From positions 512,001 to 576,000 of the forward strand of contig JAVZHQ010000001.1 in the NCBI GenBank assembly GCA_038998335.1: a stretch of 64,000 bases of DNA. The letters are read 5' to 3'. Within the stretch, counting starts at the first letter, position 1. Every line of letters begins with the position of its first letter. The notes beneath the pieces are model-generated. The model saw only the letters and a list, made by a program, of their open reading frames with translations, was not told the DNA's origin and did not search any database. The DNA is from Candidatus Aenigmatarchaeota archaeon (GTDB lineage: Archaea > Aenigmatarchaeota > Aenigmatarchaeia > CG10238-14 > SCSR01). The translations under genes and the position numbers were made by a program. Positions 48,135-57,597 of the stretch are shown here, piece by piece.

Positions 48135-49351
48135 CTTCTTTCTCCTTTTAAGTACTTGTAAGCTCCGATAATAAGAATAATTGGGGCAAGAAAAGCATAA
48201 ATAGTTATGAAGCATAGCAGTTCAAAAAAATTTAACTTGTAACTATGCTGCTTAAGAGATATTCTAAGCCAAACCATAGCTAAGAGAAAGGTTATAACTC
48301 CTAGTATAAACTTAATGTCTGGGTTAAAAACAAGCTCCCATCTTGTAAAAGGGTTAAGACCTAAGGAAAAGCTTTTACCAAGAAAAGTTAGAAAGTCAAA
48401 AGTGCTTAACCCTAATAAAACCATGAATATTCCTATACCAACAAAACTACCTAAGTAACCAAGAATAGAAAATGGTAGAAGAAAAGTCCCTAGGCCATAA
48501 CTCTTTTTATTTAAAGATTTTACATGTTTAAAAAGGGTTTGAAAACCACCGATAGTCCACCTTACTCTTTGCCTTAGCCATTTTTTGAAGTTAGAGGGAA
48601 CAAAAGAATAAACCTTAGATTCTAGGCTCATCCTTATTTTATAACCATAGGCTATTATTCTCCAGGCAATTTCTATATCTTCTGTTAAGTTTTCCTCGTC
48701 AAAATATCCTATTTTTTCAAGAACGTTTTTTCTGTAAACAGACATTGCTCCAGGGGTTGCTCCTATAACATTGGGAAACTCTTCAGCCTTTCTCATAGAA
48801 GCTGTAAACATATACTCTAGAGACTGCATCCTTTCGAAAAAAGTTTTTTTTCTCGCTATCAAAACAGTAGAAGTTACTGCAGCAACATCTTTATCAAAGT
48901 ATTTCATACAGTTTAACAAAGCGTCCTTTTCCAAGAAAGAGTCAGCATCAATAACAGCTACAAAATTATTCTTAGACTTCTTTACTCCAAAGTTTAGGGC
49001 AGAAGCTTTTCCTCCTCTACTTTTTTTGAAAACTTTTACTCGCTTAGAAGCAAACTTTTTAGCTATTTCATAAGTTTTATCAGTGCTTCCATCATCAACT
49101 ACAATAATTTCAAGCTTATTTTTTGGATAGTTTATTTCTTTCAACTTCTTAATAGTTTTACCTATTATTTTCTCCTCGTTGTAAGCAGGAACTACTATGG
49201 AAACTCCTGGTAAATTTTTTTCCCTTATTTTCTTTTTACCAGCAAACTTTTCTCCTTCAAACCAGTAAAACAGGTGAAAGACAATGTAATAAGCTGAGAA
49301 AAAAAGCAAGAATATGTAGATTATTTCAAAGATTATTAGCATTTCATTCAA
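48119..49351 (-). CDS. Processive GT2 glycosyltransferase (PgaC/cellulose-synthase-like)
   Basis: PAYNEE, DDGSTD, DAD, TED, QRVRW. Confidence 0.93.
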   Translation of the reverse strand: MNEMLIIFEIIYIFLLFFSAYYIVFHLFYWFEGEKFAGKKKIREKNLPGVSIVVPAYNEEKIIGKTIKKLKEINYPKNKLEIIVVDDGSTDKTYEIAKKFASKRVKVFKKSRGGKASALNFGVKKSKNNFVAVIDADSFLEKDALLNCMKYFDKDVAAVTSTVLIARKKTFFERMQSLEYMFTASMRKAEEFPNVIGATPGAMSVYRKNVLEKIGYFDEENLTEDIEIAWRIIAYGYKIRMSLESKVYSFVPSNFKKWLRQRVRWTIGGFQTLFKHVKSLNKKSYGLGTFLLPFSILGYLGSFVGIGIFMVLLGLSTFDFLTFLGKSFSLGLNPFTRWELVFNPDIKFILGVITFLLAMVWLRISLKQHSYKLNFFELLCFITIYAFLAPIILIIGAYKYLKGERRWFTK

Positions 49352-49919
49352 CCGTTATGTTTAAGCCAATCATAATTAATTTTATTGTAACTAAATCGAA
49401 ATCAGAATAATCTTTTGCTTTAACGAATATCACACGATCTTTTAGCTCGATCAAGGTTTCGTTAGAATAAACTGGATGGACCAAAGCTATTACAAGATTT
49501 TCTTGAGTGCCAGAAAGGTTTTCATAAGATTCTACTTCTAAGCCATTAAAATTTGGCTTCATGTTTTTAATTTTGTAAGCTAGATAAAGTTTTTGAATCA
49601 TTTCTGATTCTTCTACTATATAATAAGGGTTTTCTTTTTCCCCTGCTGACTTAAAAGCTATTGTTATATTTTTTAAGTCAGAGTTGAAAAGCTCTTGATA
49701 AATTGCTTCTTCAGAAGGGTAAGCTTTTATTTTTTGAGCTTCCCTTAAGTCTGCTCTAAATTCAAGAAAATAGCCATTATAAATCAAAGAAGTTATGGGT
49801 TTTTTAGATTCTCGATAGTTTAAGTAGCTTATTAAAATTGCTACTAGAACACAAAATACTGCAAGAAATATTAACCTATTCTTAGAAATTTTCAACTTTA
49901 TTTTTCCATCCATTTCCAT
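49344..49919 (-). CDS. Membrane-anchored hypothetical protein
   Basis: N-terminal TM; in operon with the GT2 gene. Confidence 0.65.
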   Translation of the reverse strand: MEMDGKIKLKISKNRLIFLAVFCVLVAILISYLNYRESKKPITSLIYNGYFLEFRADLREAQKIKAYPSEEAIYQELFNSDLKNITIAFKSAGEKENPYYIVEESEMIQKLYLAYKIKNMKPNFNGLEVESYENLSGTQENLVIALVHPVYSNETLIELKDRVIFVKAKDYSDFDLVTIKLIMIGLNITVE

Positions 49920-49989
49920 CAGAATTAAATTACATTTCAAAAATAAAAAAGGAAAAAAGCCGTCCAAAAGTTTTTCAAGGCTGCGATTT

Positions 49990-52104
49990 TTAAGCTATGG
50001 GTGTAGCTGTTGCAGTAGCTACAGTAGTACCAGTTACTTCAACAGCTTTTGCTGTGCTTCCTTCAAGCTTGCCTGCCTGCAAGTACTGAGCTGCAAGTAA
50101 TGTATCTTGAGCTCTCGTACCTGCAACTACTAGAACAACTTTTCCTGTTGTGCCGTAAGCATCTTCTATTAGCTGGATTAGAGCAAAGTCTCTTCCTGGC
50201 CATGCTTCACATGATGTTATAGTATAGCCAGTTGAGTCTTTGAGCTTGCCATCAGCTGCTAACTCTGCAACTAATTCGTTAACACATGGTCCTCCAACTA
50301 ATACAAATGCTTTTGTTGATGTTTTGTCGCTTGCAGTTATTTCATCTGCAAACCTTGTTACTGGAGTCTTGATTGGAACCATTTCTTTATAGGTTCCACC
50401 TGTTGTTACTACTTCACCTATCTTACCCATGTAAACGAATGCTTTTTGTTGCTCAGCTGGAAGCTCAACAACAACTTTCTGAGCTCCTGCGTTTGCTTTG
50501 ATGTTTGATTTAAGTACTGAACCGTAGCTTGAAGTGAGGTCAGGACCTTCGTAATCTCCTACACCGGTTGTACCGTCCCACTCTGTAACATCTCCTGCTT
50601 CTGGTGAAGTTGATGCTCCTAGAATCACAGCGCTACTTGTAAATGTATAATTCATAGCTATACTTTCGTGTCCTCCGTCCTCAAGAACCAATCCAGCGAA
50701 AGTGCTTGAAACGTTTTGTGGATCTATTACAAATTCGTGAGTGTCAAACTTTCCTTCAATGTTGTCTAGATCAGCTGGATCGGCCTCCATATCTGTTTGT
50801 ATTATTCTGCCCAAAATTTCATTGTAATAACCTATTACATACAATGAACCATTGTAAGCTATGTAAGCTTTCTTTGCGTTCTGGTTATTGAAAACATAGT
50901 CTGTTGCTTCAATTATTATTGCTGGTTTGTTTGAGAATAACGGCTTTGTTGCTGTTTCGTCTTCATAAATAGTTGCTGTACCTGCGCTAAATGTTACTTT
51001 TGTGTATGTCTTAACTAACAAGTCTTGCAAACCAAACTCAAAGTAATCGTTGGGTGCAACTATTTTCTTTCCTAGAGTTACGTACTTTGCTGTTTCGTCC
51101 TCGCTGAGACTTGGCTTATACTCTACTTTTATTGATGTTAGGCAATCTCCAGTTGTTGTAATGTCAAATACCCAAAGCTCACTTCCTGGGAATGGTTCAC
51201 CATCTTCGTAAACTTCGTCAACTTCTGGACCAACTACTAATGTTGCATAAATTACTCCACTAGTTGGAGAACCTCTAACAGCAATTAACTTTGCTTTAAT
51301 TGTTTGACCACCTAGCGTAAATTCTACTGTCTCACCTACGTTTGGCCATGCAGAATCAATCTCATTTCCTGCAGCATCTTTAACTACTAAGTAAGCCCAT
51401 CCTTCTGCTCCGTTACCGTCTGGAACGCAGAAGCTATAGTCACCATAAACTACACATTTGGGAGTTACCGAATCTGTGTCGCCCATCACACCTGTTAAGG
51501 CAGTAAATTTATCTGCTTCTGCTCCGGTTATCTGGAACAGTTTTCCTAGTATTTGAACTTTGAGCGGGTTTTTGTAATTATTTGTATAGAGGGTTCTGTT
51601 TATATCAGGTAACTCAATCTCGTAGTACAAATCACCGTCTGCTAACTGCATCACTATAGTTCCATTGTAATCCTTACCAAGTGCGTTTACTGAAACAGCA
51701 GGAACTCCCACTTTCTCTGTTACTAAGTATTCTTTTCCACCATAGGTTATTTTCTTTGGTCCCAAACCTATGGCTGTTGTTAATTCATTTCCCATTGTAT
51801 CATTAAGAAGACCGTCGTTCAGGGCAACTTCTGCTTTTTTGCAACTTCCATACTCACAACCAATCGCTACTCCTCCTGGAACCTGCTTCACATCATAGTT
51901 CATCTCTGCAATCCTTACTGCTAAGTCAATTCCTCCCAATACATCTGAAGCAGCTGCGCTTCTTCCTACTATCACATAAGCGTTTGCTCTGCTGGTTGTG
52001 TCAGTTTTTGTTGCTAGGAAACCTGGAAATTCTCCTAGCGTTGCAGCCATTGCTACTGGTACTAACATTATCGCAGCCAAAAAGGTTGCGATTAACTTTT
52101 TCAT
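49990..52104 (-). CDS. S-layer protein
   Basis: Signal peptide, VIVGRSAAASDV, LVGGPCVNELV, VVAGTRAQDT; SD gaggta. Confidence 0.92.
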   Translation of the reverse strand: MKKLIATFLAAIMLVPVAMAATLGEFPGFLATKTDTTSRANAYVIVGRSAAASDVLGGIDLAVRIAEMNYDVKQVPGGVAIGCEYGSCKKAEVALNDGLLNDTMGNELTTAIGLGPKKITYGGKEYLVTEKVGVPAVSVNALGKDYNGTIVMQLADGDLYYEIELPDINRTLYTNNYKNPLKVQILGKLFQITGAEADKFTALTGVMGDTDSVTPKCVVYGDYSFCVPDGNGAEGWAYLVVKDAAGNEIDSAWPNVGETVEFTLGGQTIKAKLIAVRGSPTSGVIYATLVVGPEVDEVYEDGEPFPGSELWVFDITTTGDCLTSIKVEYKPSLSEDETAKYVTLGKKIVAPNDYFEFGLQDLLVKTYTKVTFSAGTATIYEDETATKPLFSNKPAIIIEATDYVFNNQNAKKAYIAYNGSLYVIGYYNEILGRIIQTDMEADPADLDNIEGKFDTHEFVIDPQNVSSTFAGLVLEDGGHESIAMNYTFTSSAVILGASTSPEAGDVTEWDGTTGVGDYEGPDLTSSYGSVLKSNIKANAGAQKVVVELPAEQQKAFVYMGKIGEVVTTGGTYKEMVPIKTPVTRFADEITASDKTSTKAFVLVGGPCVNELVAELAADGKLKDSTGYTITSCEAWPGRDFALIQLIEDAYGTTGKVVLVVAGTRAQDTLLAAQYLQAGKLEGSTAKAVEVTGTTVATATATPIA

Positions 52105-52128
52105 TTTTTTACCTCTTTTTTATCTTTT

Positions 52129-52164
52129 CTGTTTACTGTTTCATCTTTTATCTACAGTAAACAG
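52129..52164 (-). promoter_or_regulatory. 5'-leader hairpin of S-layer gene
   Basis: Perfect 11-bp inverted repeat ctgtttactgt / acagtaaacag. Confidence 0.65.
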
Positions 52165-52358
52165 TTCTCGGGACTTTTTCCTAACTTTAATTAAGCTTTG
52201 TATAATATTTAAGAATTTCTTGAAACAATTTTTATCTCTTAAAATCTCCTTAGTTAAGCTTCCTTTTTTAGGAAAATAAATCAAAAAAAAGTTTCTAATT
52301 GTTTCCAGAGTAAAAAAAATTTATTTTTTAAAAAAATAAGCTTTATTTTAACTTTTCA

Positions 52359-53282
52359 TTAAAGCTTGAATTTCTTCTTCACAAGCTTGAGCTTGTTAGT
52401 TCTTCCTAAGCTTTCAACCTCTATTAAACCCCTTTCAACCAAGCTTTTAACCACTCTACTAACCTTAGCTTTCGAAAGGTTAGTTTGCTCCACAACTTTC
52501 TTTTGAGTTATCATTCCGCCTGCAGCTATTATAGCGTCCATAACCTTCCTTTCAAACTCGTCTAGGACAGAAAGAACAAGCTTTTCTGGTTTCTTGAAGA
52601 ACCTCACATAAGCAAAGATGGTAATTAAACCTATCGCAAGCCCAAGAATAATAATAGGAATTAAGTTTAAGCTTTCAGCTTCCGCTATTTGCTCGTACAG
52701 AAACTGAAGTTTTAAAGGTTGGTTTGCTTTTATTCCTTCCAGCTTCCAAATAACTATTATCCTTCTTCCTAAGGTAGAAGTGCTCGCATTTTCAGGAAAA
52801 GAAACTTTGCTTGCGATTAAATTTTCTTCTATCAAAGCCATTCCTTCTGGTAGCTTGACAGAAGCGAAAACCCTTTCTATTTCCTCTTTTAAAGAAAAAT
52901 CACCATCAAAATAATACTTCTCTTCCAAGCTTTTTACAAAATCGCTTGTTTCGTAATAAATTTTAACTGTTCTTCCTACTGAAATGTTTATATCGCACTT
53001 TACTTCAGAAATCCCTTTTCCATAAGCTTTGCAAGTTATGTTTCCAAACTCTGAGCTTGCTCTCAAGCCTTCAACTCTTCCTATAACATCAAACTCAAGC
53101 CTATCCTTTATCTCGCTAAAAGTTACAGTTAAAGTAACAAAACTTCTTCCACTTTTATCCACGTTAACGTCTATACCATAAAACTGGACTTGAGCTAAAG
53201 AAATTGGAATAAAAAAAATTAAAGCTAGAAAAAATGAAACTATTGCTAAGAGCTTCACAAAAACTAAATGCATTTGAACCAA
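52359..53282 (-). CDS. Membrane protein with extracellular domain and cytoplasmic winged-helix
   Basis: Signal, TM, ITQKKVVEQTNLSKAKVSRVVKSLVERGLIE. Confidence 0.85.
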   Translation of the reverse strand: MVQMHLVFVKLLAIVSFFLALIFFIPISLAQVQFYGIDVNVDKSGRSFVTLTVTFSEIKDRLEFDVIGRVEGLRASSEFGNITCKAYGKGISEVKCDINISVGRTVKIYYETSDFVKSLEEKYYFDGDFSLKEEIERVFASVKLPEGMALIEENLIASKVSFPENASTSTLGRRIIVIWKLEGIKANQPLKLQFLYEQIAEAESLNLIPIIILGLAIGLITIFAYVRFFKKPEKLVLSVLDEFERKVMDAIIAAGGMITQKKVVEQTNLSKAKVSRVVKSLVERGLIEVESLGRTNKLKLVKKKFKL

Positions 53283-53293
53283 TTTATTTTTTG

Positions 53294-55684
53294 CTATTCT
53301 GTTATTACATCAATTTTGAAACCGCATTTAGGGCATCTGTCTTTAACTAAGTTTATTTTCCTGACGAAAAAGCCTTCTCTTAAGATCAAAGGCTCTCTGC
53401 AATTATAACAATAAGTATTTTCGTCAGCATGCCCAGGAACGTTTCCTATGTATACATACCTTAAGCCTGCACTTCTTGCCTCTTCTATACATTTTTCTAG
53501 AGTACTTACAGGAGTGAAAGGCAAATCCAAAAGCTTGTAATCAGGATGGAATTGTAAAATATGAAAAGGAATATGAGGGCCAAGCTCGTAGTTGATCCAT
53601 TCTGCAAGCTTTCTGCAAAGCTCTATGTTATCGCCAATTTGAGGAACTATCAGATTAGTAATTTCTATGTGAACTCTTTGTTTTCTCATTTGCTTTAATG
53701 ATTCGAAAATTGGCTCGACACTTGGGACTGACATGAACTTCTTGTAAAATTCTGGATCTCCTGAAGCCTTAAAATCGACAGTTGCTGCATCTAAGTACTT
53801 AAACTTCTTTAAAGCTTCTGGTGTTATATAGCCGTTAGTTACAAAGGAATTGAATATATTGCTTCTATGTGCCAATTTTGCAACTCTAAAAGCAAACTCG
53901 TAGAATATTGTTGGCTCTGTATAAGTGTAGCTTATTACTTTACATTTATTTTTTTCAGCAAGCTCAACAACTTCTTCAGGAGAATATTCCTCGCCAGGAA
54001 CTTTTTCGCTTTTTTCTAAAACTAAGGCTTGGCTTATCGAAGCATTACAGCAATTTGCAACAAAAACAAAGTTGGAAGGATAAGAATGATCTTCATCCTT
54101 TACCTCAAGGTTATAAACAAAACCAGAATAAGGTTCTTTTTCTATTTTGTCTATTTCAACAAAAAAGTAATTCCCGTTTTCTGCAAATTTACTTTGTTTT
54201 TTATGAAGCATTTGTAAACTAAACCCATTTAAAAAGTTAGCTATCGCATCTTTTCCAAAGATTTTGACTCTAAAATAGGGTGAAAAGCAAATATTTCTGC
54301 CTTCAACAGAACCTTTACTTGAAGGAAATTCGTAGAAAGAAGGCAATAAGCCTAATTTAAGAAGAAGTAAGAAAATACCGTAAGCTAAATTTTTTGAACT
54401 TGTTGAAAACTCTAAAACATCAATCCCTTTATAGCCATCACCCTCAAAATAAGCTTTTGAAAAACTGTGAATTATTTTTCTATTTTTACAATTCAAGAGT
54501 ATTTCAGGAATTTTTTTATTATGACTTTTATCACCACACAAGACCTTAAACAGGATAGCTACAGAAGATTTCCATACTTCTACTGTAATTGTCGACCTTC
54601 TTTCGACAATCTTTGGTTCAATAGAAAAGATTTTCCTAATTAGTTCTGCTGTTTTTTTGGCTTTATCTTTTTCATGTTTTCCGAAAGAAAAAACTAAGCA
54701 GTGGGAAGTTACTCTACCTTTACTTTTTGTTACATGACCTTCTGCACAATAATAACCAAAAAGTATAGCAAGATTTTCATCTAGGGGAATGTACCTTTTT
54801 ATAAAGGTTTTTTCTGTTTTATACTTTATTAGTTGGCCTCTCTCTACAACTCTATTATCTTCGTAAATAAGGTTTTTTGAAATTCCTTCTTTTTTAAACT
54901 TCCCAATTAATTTTCTTACATAAGTTGGGTGAAAATTAAAAATCTTAGCGATTTCTTTAGATGTTTTCCCTCCCTTATAAAGATTTAAAATTTCCTTTGC
55001 TTTTTCCTCGTTTATTTTGGTTTTTTTTCTGTATTTTGTCTTGAAACTCGAAAGAATTTCCTTCAAATCAATTATTAAATTCTCCTTAGTTTCTGTTTGA
55101 AACTTAGGGATTATTAAAAGATGATTCTTTGTTAACTCTCTTGCAGGAATTTTTTTAATTTTCTTATCTCTTTTATCGTAAACAAAAAATTCATGAGAAG
55201 GTGTAGCTTTTATTTTTGGTAAATGAAAAGGTTTGATTACAATTAGTTCGCCCTCATAATAATGTTTGTAAACTTTCTCTATTTCTGAAACTTTAGCCAA
55301 ATGAGTAAAAGTTTTTATGTTATTTAAAAAACTAACATAACCTCCTTCTATTTCATAAGCTTTCCCTTTGTTAAAAAGTGTTTCAAAGTCAAAAATTCCT
55401 TTATCAGTTAAAATCATTGTGCTTGGATCAAAACAAAACTGACATCTAAAATTGCAACCAGCAGAAGCGATAGAAAGAGCAGAGGAACCAGGGTAGAAAT
55501 GGAACAAAGGTTTTTTCTCTATGGGATCGACGTTAACTGCAATAAGCTTGCCATAATTTAAAGTGTAAAGCTTGTTATCTTTATTAACTCTTACTAAGCA
55601 AAAGCCTTTTCCCCCTTTTGGGATAAAGCATCTTCTAGCACAAAGCTCGCACCTTATACCATTCCTTTCCTTTTGCCATAGCAT
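53294..55684 (-). CDS. AmmeMemoRadiSam radical SAM enzyme with intein (mature about 335 aa)
   Basis: CELCARRC, DPIEKKPLFHFYPG, GCNFRC, YTYTEPT, YVYIGNV. Confidence 0.93.
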   Translation of the reverse strand: MLWQKERNGIRCELCARRCFIPKGGKGFCLVRVNKDNKLYTLNYGKLIAVNVDPIEKKPLFHFYPGSSALSIASAGCNFRCQFCFDPSTMILTDKGIFDFETLFNKGKAYEIEGGYVSFLNNIKTFTHLAKVSEIEKVYKHYYEGELIVIKPFHLPKIKATPSHEFFVYDKRDKKIKKIPARELTKNHLLIIPKFQTETKENLIIDLKEILSSFKTKYRKKTKINEEKAKEILNLYKGGKTSKEIAKIFNFHPTYVRKLIGKFKKEGISKNLIYEDNRVVERGQLIKYKTEKTFIKRYIPLDENLAILFGYYCAEGHVTKSKGRVTSHCLVFSFGKHEKDKAKKTAELIRKIFSIEPKIVERRSTITVEVWKSSVAILFKVLCGDKSHNKKIPEILLNCKNRKIIHSFSKAYFEGDGYKGIDVLEFSTSSKNLAYGIFLLLLKLGLLPSFYEFPSSKGSVEGRNICFSPYFRVKIFGKDAIANFLNGFSLQMLHKKQSKFAENGNYFFVEIDKIEKEPYSGFVYNLEVKDEDHSYPSNFVFVANCCNASISQALVLEKSEKVPGEEYSPEEVVELAEKNKCKVISYTYTEPTIFYEFAFRVAKLAHRSNIFNSFVTNGYITPEALKKFKYLDAATVDFKASGDPEFYKKFMSVPSVEPIFESLKQMRKQRVHIEITNLIVPQIGDNIELCRKLAEWINYELGPHIPFHILQFHPDYKLLDLPFTPVSTLEKCIEEARSAGLRYVYIGNVPGHADENTYCYNCREPLILREGFFVRKINLVKDRCPKCGFKIDVITE
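54053..55435 (-). mobile_element. Intein (461 aa, LAGLIDADG) inside the CxxxCxxC motif
   Basis: Starts CFDPST, ends FVAN before C; GYYCAEG and AYFEGDG motifs. Confidence 0.92.
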
Positions 55685-55744
55685 AGCTTCTTTCGTTTTA
55701 TCACCGTATAATAATATATTGGTTTACCATAATATTATAGATAA

Positions 55745-55826
55745 GCCCCGATAGCATAGTGGTAATGCGCCCGCCTCGTATATTCAAGAAAGCGGGAGAT
55801 CGAGGGTTCGAATCCCTCTCGGGGCT
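55745..55826 (+). tRNA. tRNA-Thr(CGT) with 10-nt intron at 37/38 (55781-55790)
   Basis: gccccga/tcggggc acceptor, cccgc/gcggg anticodon stem, ttcgaat T-loop. Confidence 0.9.
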
Positions 55827-55846
55827 TTGAAAAAAGGAGGAAAAAA

Positions 55847-56137
55847 ATGGAAATAGTGCTTCAAGTTGAAACAAAAGATTATCAGAAAGTAAGAGAAATT
55901 TTGCTTAAAGATGATTTGGTTTCTAGAGCAAGCGTAACTTTTAGAGAAGGGAAAGGTTATGGTGGAGAAGGTTATTTTTGCTTTATTTTTGGTTCAGAAG
56001 AGCAATGCAAAAAAGCTTTGGAAGTAACAAAAGAGCTAGCGAAAGAAATTAAAGATGAAGAAAAAGAAAAATTAATAAGTAAGATAAAAGAAGAGGAAAA
56101 TAAAGCCTTAGAAGGTTTTGGTTCGATATTTGGTTGA
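55847..56137 (+). CDS. Hypothetical protein between two tRNA genes
   Basis: SD ggagg, 96 aa, stop abuts tRNA-Gly. Confidence 0.75.
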   Translation: MEIVLQVETKDYQKVREILLKDDLVSRASVTFREGKGYGGEGYFCFIFGSEEQCKKALEVTKELAKEIKDEEKEKLISKIKEEENKALEGFGSIFG

Positions 56138-56223
56138 GCGCTGGTAGTCCAGCCTGGTTAAGACGCAGAACTTAGCGGAACCCTGCCACGGCTGAAACGC
56201 GGGTTCAAATCCCGCCCAGCGCA
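56138..56223 (+). tRNA. tRNA-Gly(GCC) with 12-nt intron at 29/30 (56169-56180)
   Basis: gcgctgg/ccagcgc acceptor; cagcc/ggctg stem restored after removing aacttagcggaa. Confidence 0.9.
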
Positions 56224-56231
56224 TAATTATT

Positions 56232-56489
56232 TCAAAACTTTTGATAGAGTTTCTTTCTATGCCCAACTTCCAGGACAAAAACAATCAAACTTTTACCTTC
56301 TATGGCTAAAATAGCTCTATAATCTCCAACTCTTAAAGTGTAGAGGTTTATTCCCTTAAGTTTCTTTACAAACTTGAACGGGTTTTCGCTAATTCCTTCA
56401 ACTTTTTCCACAATTTTTTTACTTATACATTTTTCAAGCTTCTTAAGCTGTTTTAAAGCTGTTTCTGTCCACTTAACTTCATACTTCAT
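56232..56489 (-). CDS. relE: RelE/ParE family toxin
   Basis: YEVKWTETALKQLKKL, LRVGDYR, VGHRK. Confidence 0.92.
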   Translation of the reverse strand: MKYEVKWTETALKQLKKLEKCISKKIVEKVEGISENPFKFVKKLKGINLYTLRVGDYRAILAIEGKSLIVFVLEVGHRKKLYQKF

Positions 56490-56716
56490 CTTATTCCCAG
56501 TTTTTTCTTCACTTCTTTTGTAGAAAATACCCTACCTTCCTTTATGTCTTTTAATGCTTTCTCTATATTTTTTAATGTTTTTTGACTTAGTGGCTCTTCG
56601 TCGATTCTGGCTTCGATTAAACGTTTGATTACCAAGTTGTAGGACTCTTTAGGATGAGATTTTAACTCTTCTAACATTTTTTTAACTTCTTCTTCTACTT
56701 GTATGGTAGTTGCCAT
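56486..56716 (-). CDS. Antitoxin paired with RelE
   Basis: TTIQV..LK.HPKESY..VI.RLI, ALKDIKEGRVFS; ATGA overlap. Confidence 0.85.
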   Translation of the reverse strand: MATTIQVEEEVKKMLEELKSHPKESYNLVIKRLIEARIDEEPLSQKTLKNIEKALKDIKEGRVFSTKEVKKKLGIR

Positions 56717-56822
56717 AAGTAACTATAGATAGCTATAATATTTAAACCTTGTGAATTCCAATACTTTATACTACTAACGCAAAAAGTTATATTAATTCTA
56801 AACAAAATATTAAATGATTTGA

Positions 56823-57428
56823 ATGCCTGTTTTTGGAAAAAAGGAAGAAGTAAAAAGAGGGTATGTTCCTACTGAAGAAGTTCTTGAGATGATGGAAAAG
56901 AAAATTCCTGAAGGAGAAATAATTGAAAGTTTAAGAAGAGGTGGGTTTTCACCAGATGAGATAGCTCAGGCTTTTGTCGAAGCTTCTAGGAAAATTTTTG
57001 CTAAGCCTGAAGTAGTTGAGAAAAAAGTTGAGGAAGTTAAACCAAAATTGGAAGAGAAGCCTAAAGAGAAAAAGGAAGAGAAGATTGAAGAAAAAAAAGA
57101 AGAGAAGCCTGAAAGTCCTCCAGTTTTTATAAAAGTTGAAAAGTATGATGAAATAGTTCTTGAGATGGGAAAGATAAAGGATATTCTAGAAGAATTAAAA
57201 AATATCCTTGTTTCCTTAAAAGAACTTGAGAAAACTAGAAAAGAAACTCTAGAGGAAATTCACAACATAAGTAAAGATTTGGAAGAAAGGGTTTCCAAGC
57301 TTTACTCTACATTTTTAAAACCTTATAGCTATGAGGAAGTACCTATAGAAGGAACAGAAGAAGTTGAGAATATAATAGATGAGCTTAAAAGCCAAATAGA
57401 AGAGTTGAAAAGCGAGATAGAAGTTTAA
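56823..57428 (+). CDS. Hypothetical coiled-coil protein
   Basis: PPVFIKVEKY followed by coiled coil. Confidence 0.7.
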   Translation: MPVFGKKEEVKRGYVPTEEVLEMMEKKIPEGEIIESLRRGGFSPDEIAQAFVEASRKIFAKPEVVEKKVEEVKPKLEEKPKEKKEEKIEEKKEEKPESPPVFIKVEKYDEIVLEMGKIKDILEELKNILVSLKELEKTRKETLEEIHNISKDLEERVSKLYSTFLKPYSYEEVPIEGTEEVENIIDELKSQIEELKSEIEV

Positions 57429-57470
57429 AAATAAAAGTTTAACTTTTTTAAAAGATTAAATCTTATTTAG

Positions 57471-57588
57471 GCAGGGGTTCCCGAGTCTGGTTAAAGGGGC
57501 AGGACTCAAGTCAGACTTGAGTTTTGATTCAAGATGAAAGAAATCCTGTGGCTTAGTGCCTTCCTGGGTTCAAATCCCAGCCCCTGCA
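57471..57588 (+). tRNA. tRNA-Leu(CAA) with 32-nt intron at 37/38 (57511-57542)
   Basis: gcagggg/cccctgc acceptor, cagga/tcctg stem, long variable arm. Confidence 0.92.
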
Positions 57589-57597
57589 TTTACAAAA

